64,000 nt of DNA, from contig NC_042997.1 of assembly GCF_006345805.1 (NCBI RefSeq), positions 121,086,001 to 121,150,000 of the forward strand, read 5' to 3'. The stretch comes from Octopus sinensis (Eukaryota). Shown piece after piece: positions 38,475 to 50,247 of this stretch. Made by a program: the position numbers and the translations under genes. Under the pieces are notes generated by a model that was given only the letters and a program-made list of their open reading frames with translations, made no database searches and had not been told where the DNA came from. The stretch's first letter is position 1. Every line of letters begins with the position of its first letter.

Positions 38475-38990
38475 TTATCTTCATCAATACTGGCGTCAAG
38501 TTTAACAGTGATGTTTTTGTGGAAATTTTCGATGTGAAAGTGTTACCCTGGGACACAGAACCCTTTGGTGACCGTTAAATCGTCATTCAAGACGGAGCTC
38601 CGGTCTACTCATAATTTGACATGGAGGTGGTGCAAAAGATGATTTCAGCGGTTTATGTGACAAGACATTATGATCTCACTCGAGTCCAGATATCAATCCC
38701 ATGGACTTTGCTATCTACTACATCTTAGAGACTAATGTTTCTGCTTGATCCTGTACAAATGTGTCAGATCTGAAGAACACCTTTCTGTTTTCATGGGTTA
38801 AGTTAGATGAAGCGGTGGTACGGTACTCATGCAACTCAGTGAATGCCCGTTTGCAGAATATGAACCAGGCGAAAGGTAGTCATTTTCAAATGTATTTACG
38901 GAAATGGATTGACAATTTACATTAAAACATTTCATTATCCTACTTTAAGTTTATTTTGAATTATAAAGAAATAACAATGAGTGAAACTAT
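38475..38990 (+). pseudogene. Tc1/mariner (maT, DD37D-like) transposase C-terminal relic
   Basis: GVKFNS..KVLPW..QDGAP..SSPDINPMDFAI..LE..KGSHF. Confidence 0.8.
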
Positions 38991-39026
38991 CTGGGTTAGG
39001 GTTAGAGTGATGTGTATACATACACA

Positions 39027-39138
<112 letters not shown>

Positions 39139-39145
39139 ATATATA

Positions 39146-39370
39146 ACGGGAAGCTTTATGAAAATAGACAAACGACGAAGGCAGGTGGAAAACAAACAAA
39201 CAATTGTATTAGTATGGCGCTCAGGAATTATAAATAAAACAAGTCTTTAACGTTTCGAGCCTACGCTCTTCAACAGAAAGATACACAGAGAAAAAAACAC
39301 AGAAAGAAGGAGAGAAAAAAATGCGTGCAGTAACTAACGAATCAACATGGCGATTTGATTTCGGCCAGAA
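39146..39370 (-). mobile_element. PLE-terminal-like element with hammerhead-like motif at 39244-39281
   Basis: Minus strand TCTTT-CTGTTGA-A-GAGC GTAG GCTC-GAAACGTT-AAAGA; abuts (TA)n. Confidence 0.65.
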
Positions 39371-40255
39371 AACACGTGCACATACACATTGATAGATAGA
39401 TATATTACTCGCAAAGAATTATTTATCACTATGTATTCTCATACATTACTTATTTTCAATATAACTATATAACGTTATTCTTCAAAATAATTTATTACAG
39501 TTACGTTAGAATTTCTCTACTTTCCACATAAATATAACTAAGCATATTGTATGGTTATATGTTTCCATTTCGCAAGAGTCCTATTTCGTATCACAACATA
39601 ACAGGATCAGGAAGTTATTTAAACGTTATGATGATATATTTTTTCATTCGTTCAATAAATATATTTTCATTTAACATTGAGAAATCGTGACAGAATTTTA
39701 GAATATATCTGAAGTATATATCAAGTTTACTAACAGGATTTAAAATATATTAACAATTTTATTATAAAGCAAATTTATGAAGCACACACGTATATATGAA
39801 TATCTATGTATAGATATATGTGTGGGAGAATGTGCTTATACATATATGAATCAGTATCAGAAGTTGGTATCCATCCTTTATTCAGGTATGAAAAGCAGAA
39901 TGTTATGTCGTTAGACAATGTGCAACATTCATTACATGGTTCAATCTACATTTAAAATACTCTTCCTTTTGTGCAACACAGTAATGGCCAAATCAAATCT
40001 TTCTTTCCCTCCGGCTTAGTCCCACTTGCTGAATAACTAACCGGAGGCTGTTCTCTGCTGCCACCAGTGTATCCCGCAAACCACTTATTTTCCCCCCATT
40101 TTCCTGTTATATTAATGAATATGACTACTCCATATACAGAGACGAAAATCTGCTACAGTCCAACTCCGCTAGACAAATGCCGTGCATCTTATTATTTCCC
40201 CTTGCAATCCTACAAATGGCCTTCACAAACACATTTATATTTGATGAATATCTAT

Positions 40256-40419
40256 AGGCGTAGTAGTGGCTGTGCGGTAAGTAACTTGCTTACCAACCAC
40301 ATGGTTCTGGGTTCAGTCCCACTGCGTGGTACCTTGAGCAAGTGTCTTCTACTATAGCGTTGGGCTGACCAAAACAGTGTGAATGGATTTGGTAGACAGA
40401 AACTGAAAGAAGCCCATTC

Positions 40420-40458
<39 letters not shown>

Positions 40459-40730
40459 ATATATTTTTTATTTGTATGTATGTATGTATGTATGTATGTA
40501 TGTGCGTGTGTGTATACGTTTGTGTGTCTGTGTTTGTCACCCCAACATCGTTTGACAAGCGATGCTTGTGTGTTTACGTCTCCGTAACTTAGCGGTTCGG
40601 CAAAAGAGACCGATAGAATAAGTACTAGGCTTACGAAGAATAAGTGCTAGGTTCCATTTGCTCGACTAAAGACGGTGCTCCATCATGACCACAGTCAAAT
40701 AACTTATACAAGTAAAAGAGCAAAGAGTAA
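40256..40730 (+). mobile_element. SINE family A, full length
   Basis: Homology to 15774-16197. Confidence 0.9.
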
Positions 40731-40746
40731 TCATTTTCTCAGACAA

Positions 40747-41130
40747 AGGCGGCGAGCTGCCAGAGCGAAATGCTTGGTGGTATTTCGTCTGCCGTCACGT
40801 TCAGAGTTCAAATTCCGCCGAGGTCGACTTTGCTTTTTCATCCTTTCGGGGTCGATAAATTAAGTACCAGTTACGCACTGTGGTCAATGTAATCGACTTA
40901 ATCCGTTTATCTATCCTTGTTTGTTCTCTATGTGTTTAACCCTTTGTGGGTAGTAAAGAAATAGGTATTTCATCTGCCGCTACGTTCTGGGTTCAAATTC
41001 TGCCAAGGTCGACTTTGCCTTTAATCCTTTCGGGGTCAACTAAGTACCAGTTACGCACTGGAGTCGATGTAATCGACTTCATCCCTTTCCTCATATTTCA
41101 GGCCTTGTGCCCTACAGTAGAAAGGATTGT
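40747..41130 (+). mobile_element. SINE family B dimer-like arrangement (two bodies, two different tails)
   Basis: First unit ends GTGGGTAGTAAAGAAATA; second starts GGTATTTC at ~40963 and ends CAGGCCTTGTGCCTACAGTAGAAAGG. Confidence 0.8.
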
Positions 41131-42888
41131 TTTCTCAGAAAATCAGAGTTTTCTGACTTACCTTGGCAAATTGCAGCCTTCATCTTAGGTAAGGCATCAT
41201 ATTCCATAATTAGAATTATTGCAAATGATTCTTTTGTCAGGAGGTCAACGGGATTTTCACCCTACTTCACGAACGTAATTGATGGTCTTGTTTTCCCAAG
41301 TATACAAATATTTGCAAATTCTCTTTGCACCAGGGATAAGCAAATGACATAAGCAGCTTTTCAGCGTCATATCTGCAAAGTTTAGTTGTTAGTGTTGTTG
41401 TACATTATAACAAGATATGTATCAAAGCCGTCCATTACCACAAAGCCTACAGCATTGTTCCTCTCTCAAACTTCGTTCTATAGGGTGTGTCATTGTATTG
41501 GGTATTGTTGGCTGTCCAGTTATATATAGTTATGCTCCTTCGCAACTTCTATTTCCATGAGAAAAATTTCTCCCATGTCCTGTTATTCAGTTCGAAAATC
41601 TAATGTGATTTGTTCTACGATTGGATATCTCTGAACTGATGATAATCATTCCATTGATTTATGAAGGAAACAGGAGGGGACTAGCATTACATTCAGTATG
41701 CTACAAGAGACTGATAACCTTTTTATTACCGAAATTTAATCAGACTCTTGTCAGATTAATAACTATATAAGGTTATTTATTTACCCCCGGATCATCTGGC
41801 TGCCTAGTGAGTTTCAGACAATCGGACAGCATGGAAAGCTAACTTTCTTGAAATAAATTTAGCTTAAACTCTTGCTTATTTGATATCGACCTCTGGCACT
41901 TTAGGTTCCTTGGCCTGAAGTAGAATAAAATCCCATTCGTAAGAAAAATTTAATACTCTAATTTTCATTCTTCTTACTGCTTTATGACATAAGTTGTGAG
42001 ATTTTTCTCTCTCCCTCTGTGTGTCCCTCTGTCTGTTTGTTTGTCTCTCTCTCTCTCTCTCTCAGTCATCCTCTCCATTTCTATATATCTACCTACCTAT
42101 CCAACTATCTATATATCTATCTCCTCCCTGCCATTACCCAAAACTCCTTCAAAATGGTATATTTGTATTCTTTTTCATCTGTTTAGAGAAACAACAAACC
42201 TTCGAAACTCCATGTGTATCAGAAATGTTAGTACCCTACTCTTTGTGACAATTATTATGTCGTACAATATTGTACAAGTTAAATATATGTAATTAACCTG
42301 TGTCAATTATGCTAATATTTCTCATTAAAAATCCAATTTGCTAAAGTATTTCATATTCTAAATGTTCTGAAATTATAGATACTAGTCTTCATTAGAAACA
42401 TTGACATTTTATCATTTTTTTTCTTACAAATGGTAATTATCGTAGAAATTGTCAGCTTTAATACCAATATGCGTACATTTTAAAAGTTCCACAATCAGCT
42501 TTGCTCTCAATTCATGCCCCGCTCTTTAGTTACTTATTTAATCAATGCGTAAAGCCTGCATCGACCCTGACTTCGATCAATACTGTAGTTAAACGCACTA
42601 AAAGAAAAATAAACGTTTATATAATCATTTGGCCACGAGAAACTGTGTTAAATCTAGTGGAGAAGATCGATCTATATTTTACAGAAAGAATCTCAAATTT
42701 AACTACTTACATTCATCTTGACAAAATGAAATAACGAGGACGAATATATATAATAAGTTTTATAATATTAATAAAGGTTTCTCACAACACACTTCTTTCC
42801 ATTATTTGTACTGCTTCTGTAATTAAACATTAAATACTCGTGAAATACTCGTGCTCCGTATCTTTAATGAAAAAGAGTGAAGTATTAT

Positions 42889-43051
42889 AGGCGCAGGAGT
42901 GGCTGTGTGGTAAGTACCTTGCTTACCAACCACATGGTTCCGGGTCCATTTCCACTGCGTGGAACTTTGGGCAAGTTCATTCTACTATAGCCTCGAGCCC
43001 ACCAAAGCCTTGTGAGTGGATTTGGTAGAGGAAACTGAAAGAAGCCCGCCC

Positions 43052-43084
<33 letters not shown>

Positions 43085-43512
43085 GTCAAAAATTGTGAAG
43101 CATGACTGTCAACACTACTACATGAACCTGAAGATTGCATAATTTAATGCATGAAAGTACTAGTTCAATCAGAATGAACATTTAACATTCTACTATTTTA
43201 TTTTATTCCATTATATTATATCATTATAAGATTGTAAATAAAACGTGAAAATCAGACAAGGTTGGAATTCCTTTTATTAATATATATATATATGCGTGTG
43301 TGTGTATGTTTGTGTGTCTGTATTTGTCCCCACAACATCGCTTTACAACCGATGGTGGTATGTTTACGTCCACGCAACTTAGCGGTTCAGCATGACAGGC
43401 CGATAGAATAAATACTAGGTTTACAAAGAATAAGCCATGTGATCGATTTGTTCGACTAATGGTGGTGCTCCAGCATGGCCGCAGTCAAATGATTGAACAT
43501 GTAAAAGAGTAT
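42889..43512 (+). mobile_element. SINE family A with a ~200-bp insert in its internal (TA)n
   Basis: Head 42889-43050, insert 43083-43280, tail 43310-43512. Confidence 0.88.
43123..43167 (+). ncRNA. Predicted minimal type I hammerhead ribozyme, canonical core
   Basis: TGAAC/GTTCA stem I; CTGAAGA; TGCAT/ATGCA stem II closed by U.U; GAAA; palindromic AGTACT; CUA triplet. Confidence 0.78.
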
Positions 43513-43635
43513 TGGACATAATTACAAATTAACATGAACGCAAATTTTTAAAATAACTACGGACAAAATAACGACGTAAAAATTTTAATGAAACTATTAA
43601 ACCTAGTAATGTGTCTAAATTAAAAGAACGTGGGT

Positions 43636-44017
43636 GTGGAGGCGCAATGGCCCAGTGGTTAGGGGACGGTCCCGTGGTAGTAGGATCGCGGTTTCCATTC
43701 CCAGACCGGGTGTTGTGAGAGTTTATTGGGGAAACACTTAAAGTTCCACGATGCTACGGTTGGGGGTTGGGGTGGAGAACCCTGCAGTGCTCTTTCATCA
43801 CAACTTTCTCTCTTTCTTCTTGTTTCTGTCGTAACTATATTTCAAAGGACCGGCTTTTTCGTACTGTGTCACGCTGAATCTTCCCGAGAACTACGTTAAG
43901 GGTACACGTGTCTGTGAAGTCCTCAGTCACTTGCACGTTAATTTCACGAGCAGGCCGTTCCGTTGATTGGATCAACTGGAACCCTCGTCATCGTAAGCGA
44001 CGGAGTACTGTAGTAAT
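43636..44017 (+). mobile_element. SINE family C with 9-bp target-site duplication
   Basis: AACGTGGGT at 43627-43635 and 44018-44026. Confidence 0.92.
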
Positions 44018-44139
44018 AACGTGGGTAGACGCTAATTGTATATGTATGCTATGAGTTCGTTTTCAAACTTTAATTTCTAAACCTCTGATCCAGAAATTAT
44101 TTATGCAATTACTACATTCAGTGTAAGTGAAAAAATATA

Positions 44140-44352
44140 TATTTCTTTATTGCCCACAAGGGGCTAAACATAACAAGGACAAACAAGGACAGACAAACGG
44201 ATTAAGTCGATTACATCGACCCCAGTGTGTAACCCCGAAAAGATGAAAGGCAAAGTTGACCTCGGCGGAATTTGAACTCAGAACGTAGCGGCAGACGAAA
44301 TACAACTAAGCATTTCGCCCGGCGTGCTAACGACTCTGCCAGCTCGCCGCCC
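44140..44352 (-). mobile_element. SINE family B (Tx1-like tail)
   Basis: Near full length; A and B boxes on minus strand. Confidence 0.9.
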
Positions 44353-44979
44353 TAGTGAAACAAATATGTATCTTAATCGCATAGAAAATCATTGCAATTT
44401 CTTTTCCTAGGGATAAAAGAAAATACACAAAAAACAATACATTGAACTATGAGTTAGTAACTGGATGTAAAACCGTAAATGCTAGTTTTATATATTTCCC
44501 ATGTGTTATCGAGATTTCAAAAATAAGAATATTACAACTGAGAATGTGTTTCTTTGCACACGAATAGCTCATTCCATTATCTTTTTATTTTGATTTAAAA
44601 TTTTGCGAGCAAAACACAGAAGCCATGCAGCAGGTTTGATATTTCAATGTTGATATTGTTTTTTACGTAATGTTTCTTATCAAACTTTATTTTCAAAATA
44701 GGCTTGAATGGATGTATTTCTGCGTGTATAATAGAATTAGACATCTGTAGAATACGAAATAGAAGATACGGCCTTAAAATATAGTGAAAGAAAACTGTCG
44801 CTAATACGCAGAAAGAAAGATATTTAGCTTCCATTAATGGAGTCGTCAATGAATACAGTATTATCAATGTATTACACAAGACTGGACATGTCCATGTCTA
44901 TTATATACGTGTCCGTGATTTTATAAAAGTTAAAACAACAACACAATTCAGATTATTACAGTAGGTTCTTAGGTAGTGT

Positions 44980-45367
44980 GGAGGCGCAATGGCCCAGTGG
45001 TTAGGGCAGCGGACTCGTGGCCATAGGATTGCGGTTTCGATTCCCAGACCGGGCGTTGTGAGTGTTTATTGAGCGAAAACACCTAAAAGGCTCCACGAGG
45101 CTCCGGCAGGGGATGGTGGTGATCCCTGCTGTACTCTTTCACCACAACTTTCTCTCACTCTTACTTTCTGTTTCTGTTGTACCTGTATTTCAAGGGGCCG
45201 GCCTTGTCACTCTCTGTATCACGCTGAATATCCCCGAGAACTACGTTAAGGGTGCACGTGTCTGTGGAGTGCTCAGCCACTTAGACGTTAATTTCACGAG
45301 CAGGCTGTTCCGTTGATTCGGATCAACCGGAACCCTCATCGTCGTAACCGACGGAGTGCTTCCTCCC
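44980..45367 (+). mobile_element. SINE family C, well-preserved copy with 13-bp target-site duplication
   Basis: TCTTAGGTAGTGT at 44967-44979 and 45368-45380; A box TGGCCCAGTGG, B box GGTTTCGATTCC. Confidence 0.95.
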
Positions 45368-45719
45368 TCTTAGGTAGTGTTATTACTAATTTTATTATCG
45401 AAAGCTCTGTTCGCAGTAGAGGAAATAGTTATTTCCTGCCAATGGGAACTAAGGAATTTGCACCTGGTAGAATATTACGTTAGAGCTCCTTATGTAGCAT
45501 AAAAAGGCATATGGTTTTTCATATAAAAGAGTTTTAGACAGTGTAGCATGTTTAATTCTGTTTGACTCAAAATTTAAAAAGAAAAACAATATTTGTTTTT
45601 ACTGAAGGGTCGTCTGCGTTGGTCGCATCCGATTTTATCCCTGCATATATTGCACATTAGTAATATTATTTAGGAACATCTTATATATATATTATATATA
45701 TAATATATATATATATAAT

Positions 45720-45807
<88 letters not shown>

Positions 45808-46421
45808 AATATATATAATATATATTATATATATATAAACATAATATGTGATAATTATTCGGTAGCCATGATAATTGTCACATATATTTACAGATAAATT
45901 CATCTACTTACATAATATCGTTGAGGTGACGTTGAGGCGGTTTATGTTCAGTTTGAACATATCTAGAAGAATGTTCTAGGAGATTGGCGTAGGTGCTTAG
46001 TGCGAAGATTGGAAGGTGAGACACAGTACAGGTGACAGTTGGAGTGGAGACCAGAAGGATGTGTAGGCTTTCGTGGAGAGGCATTATAAATACCTATTTC
46101 GAAGGTGAAGTGGTTATTGTAGTAGCGACAGGAGAGACTAAGAGAAGACACAGCATGTATGTGTGCAATTAGTTGAAGCATGTTGGGTGATTGAAGCTTT
46201 GCTAATCAGTTGAATAGCCTTTCTTTGGATGCAGTAGGCCTCTTTCATTCTTTTGCTGTCTTACCATTTCTATCAATACACACACACAGACACACACACA
46301 CATATCTATCTATCTATATATATATATATATATATAGGGAAAGAATTCACAAAATAAAACAAAAGACGAAAAAAAAGATTGTATAGCAGCTAGCGATCTA
46401 TCATATATATATATATATATA

Positions 46422-46920
46422 CAACATTAATAATCATATATAAGATATATCAATATATTTATGTATAGTAGGGTACTACGTAGCCACCTGCTTCGTTGAA
46501 CATACATGTCGAAATACTACTAAGCCACAGAAGAATCACTAAATGAATACACGCATGATAGGGAAGAAAATTATTGAACAAGAATAGCGCCTTAGCACTA
46601 CAAAGGATGCAGTGCAAAGGTGAGTTAATTGGAATGTTGGTGAATACTATTAGATGCCTCTTGCAGATCTGACTGTAGAGAATGTGGTGCCTTTGGCGCT
46701 AAATTCGAATTCATGTTATGAGATTAACTGAAATGCCTGCAGAGATAAGACGTTATCTTTACTCACTAACATGTTTTTTCCTATCGTGCTTGTATGAAAT
46801 TAGTGATTCTCCTATGTCTTATTAGTATTTTGGCTTCTATTTTTAGCGAATCAAGTGCTTATAGAGCACCTTAGTATATATAAATGTATTTATATAACTT
46901 ATATGTAATTATTAATTTTG
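46422..46920 (+). repeat. Long imperfect inverted repeat forming a rod-like fold inside a TA-flanked segment
   Basis: Arms ~46422-46570 and ~46774-46920 plus nested inner stems. Confidence 0.8.
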
Positions 46921-47018
46921 CCTATAACGCTTAAACGCTTGCGGCCACTAAGGTTATTATTTTTAGGAAGAATAATTTTCTTTTATATTATATGCGTGTG
47001 TTGCTTTGGCTTTGTTGT

Positions 47019-47061
<43 letters not shown>

Positions 47062-47179
47062 TATACATGTATATATACTTATATCTACACACATATATAT
47101 ATATACATATATACATACATATACATGTATACATATATATATACACACATATATATATATATATATGTAAGTAAATATG

Positions 47180-47282
<103 letters not shown>

Positions 47283-48179
47283 ATATATATATACGTTTAA
47301 GCATATGTTTGTGTCTATGCACACATATACTTGCATGTGTGCGTCTTTTTCTACATGTATTATTCTTTATCGTTAAGGCGATATTCTTCTTTCTCTGTAT
47401 AAGCTGTACTCTCTCGTTATTTAACTTCTGCAGAGAAGCTGAAAATTTCAACTTTCAAATTTTCGCAACGTATTACGACTGGCTTTCACTTTCAGATAAA
47501 GAAGTACATGAAGCTTGCTTCTTTATAGACTTTATTTCTCTGGAATCGATTGAAGATAGGAATAAACTTATAAAAGAATATATTTACCATGGTAAACAGT
47601 ATTTAGTTTAGCTACGATGTTCATATTCTTGTTCTTTTTTTTTTTTACATTTCTATTTCATTCTACATTTTTTACACTAAAATCACATCCCACAAAAATC
47701 AATGGAACACAAAATTTGTATGAAATGCTCTATTGAAAAATCATATAGCCTTGCGTTGGTTTGTTTGTGTGTGTGTGTGTAGCTGTGTGTCAATGCTACT
47801 ATGTGTGTCCCAAAGTTTGACTGTATGTGAGTGTGCGTGTGAACGTTGTTCTTTTTGTAAATTTTGTTTTTCTACTACAATTGTTATGCGTGTATAGGTG
47901 TTGTTGAAAGTGATGTGTCTGAGTGTGAGTTTCATATCGGGCTCCGAATTGCATTATTTTCGCTTATACAACAAAGCATCGATTTCTTTCACCATACTTA
48001 TTTTTCCTGGACTAAGAGGTTCAATGAAAATTCTCATGGTTCACCAATGTTGATCAAATATTTATCTGTTGCTATATTGGCAGTAAAATCACTGCAGTCG
48101 TTGTGAATAATCATTATTATTATCATTATTGCAACTTCTATTAAATTTTGATAATAATAATTATCATCATTATTACTGC

Positions 48180-48324
48180 TACTAATTCTAATAGTAATAG
48201 TAGTAGTAGTAGTGATGATGGTGGTGGTGGTGGTAGTAGTAATAGTGGTGGTGGTAGTGGTTGTAGTAGTAGTGGTGGTGATGATAGCGGTGGTGATAGT
48301 AGTAGTTGTAGCTGTAGTAGTTAT

Positions 48325-48375
<51 letters not shown>

Positions 48376-48420
48376 GGTAGTAGTATGGTAGCAGCAGCAG
48401 CAGTAGTAGTAATAGTAGTG

Positions 48421-48471
<51 letters not shown>

Positions 48472-48491
48472 CAGTAGTAGTAGTAGTAGTG

Positions 48492-48582
<91 letters not shown>
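48180..48582 (+). repeat. Compound trinucleotide microsatellite (TAG/TGG/TAT)
   Basis: Direct reading. Confidence 0.95.
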
Positions 48583-49014
48583 CGAAATAGCTACAGTAGA
48601 TATACTTACCATTCGCCTATAGTTTCAATGAGCATAATGTCTGCTATTTGATATTATTTCAATGTGTCTGTGTGTGTGTGTGCTCAATAGAAATGTGCGC
48701 GCCCGCGTAGGTGTTATGTGACATCGTTCTTCTATATATACCGCAAGGAACTGTAAATGGAAACTGAATAGCGAATCACTAAAGATTCTGATACATTAAT
48801 TATTCCATTCTAGGAATACTGTTGAGTACGTTTTCCCTTCTATACATACACAGAAATAAAGAGGCACATTCTCGTGTTTCCATACGTAAATAACAATATG
48901 CAGCCATATGTATGTGTGTGTTATGTGTGTAAGTGTTTTCATTTGGGTATATACACATATACATGTATGTGCTTATGTTAATACTCAAATAAAGTATAAG
49001 TATATATGTGTGTA

Positions 49015-49060
<46 letters not shown>

Positions 49061-49073
<13 letters not shown>

Positions 49074-49162
49074 AATATGTGAATTCGTGAATACCTACAT
49101 GAATATATACATACATAGGCACAAACATATGTGTGCGTATACGTGTGCGTGTTTGTGCATAT

Positions 49163-49194
<32 letters not shown>

Positions 49195-49284
49195 AATATG
49201 TGAATTCGTGAATACCTACATGAATATATACATACATAGGCACAAACATATGTGTGCGTATACGTGTGCGTGTTTGTGCATATT
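49061..49284 (+). repeat. Tandem duplication, period ~121 bp
   Basis: GTGAATATGTGAATTCGTGAATACCTACATG..GTTTGTGCATATT twice, separated by (TA)n. Confidence 0.9.
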
Positions 49285-49341
49285 TATATATATATATATA
49301 TACATGCATACATACACACAACCTTGCGTGTGTGTGTATGT

Positions 49342-49382
<41 letters not shown>

Positions 49383-50107
49383 ATGCATAGAGAAATAATT
49401 CTCGGCAAATTTATTGACTGAGATAGAATTTCGCTTTCTGTAAATCAATCAAATATTTTTATAGTCCTAGAACAGAAAAGTAATTGTCTAAGTATTAAAT
49501 TGCGAAGCTGAATAAATATAAATATTTTGAAGTCAGAATTTATTTCTCATACATCGTTATCATTATATATTCATTAAGATTCTACCGCATTGTTTTTATC
49601 TCTTAGCTTTTTATTATTATTTTATAATATTTTATTTTCCTTATTGTATCTTCTCTTTGGAAATTTAACTATTCTAAATTATGTTGATATTTGTTATACG
49701 AATGAAAAGAATGACTTTGATCTAAGCAAAAGTCATAAATTTTAGAAAATTGAACCATTATAACTGGACATTTATTTTTCAGTCTATTGATGCGATATTC
49801 TTTGCAATACGATGAATGTTTCATTAATTATAGCCACTTGCTCAACCTATGTTCAGCCTATAACCTTACTGTCAGGATAGAGAAAAAAAATGTCAAAATA
49901 ATTGTATAACAAATTATTAAATATAACTCATAATTACGTTATTTTGGTGGGGTTTCATTCAATTTTATTTATACATTTTTTTAGTGAGTAATATAAAGTG
50001 TTCAGGAGATAATTCTGAAAGAAAGCTTTAAATTCAAAACTGAAATCTTCTTACAAAGGAGAAAATAAATTTGTATGCATTATGTAGATAGATAAATGTA
50101 TATATAT

Positions 50108-50147
<40 letters not shown>

Positions 50148-50247
50148 GTAGGTAGGTAGGTAGGTAGGTAGGTAGGTAGGTAGGTAGGTAGGACGGTAGG
50201 CAGGTTGGTAGGTAGGTAGGTAGGTAGGTAGGTAGATAGGTAGATAT

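Noticed and set aside
38991-39006. GGGTTAGGGTTAG telomere-like motif
   Set aside because: Only about two units, at the end of a transposon relic
44980-45050. tRNA-like sequences with A and B boxes (also the heads of families A and B)
   Set aside because: SINE heads continuing into repeat bodies, some with TSDs; no complete cloverleaf
48034-48612. 192-aa ORF with poly-L/Y/N/T
   Set aside because: Compound trinucleotide microsatellite
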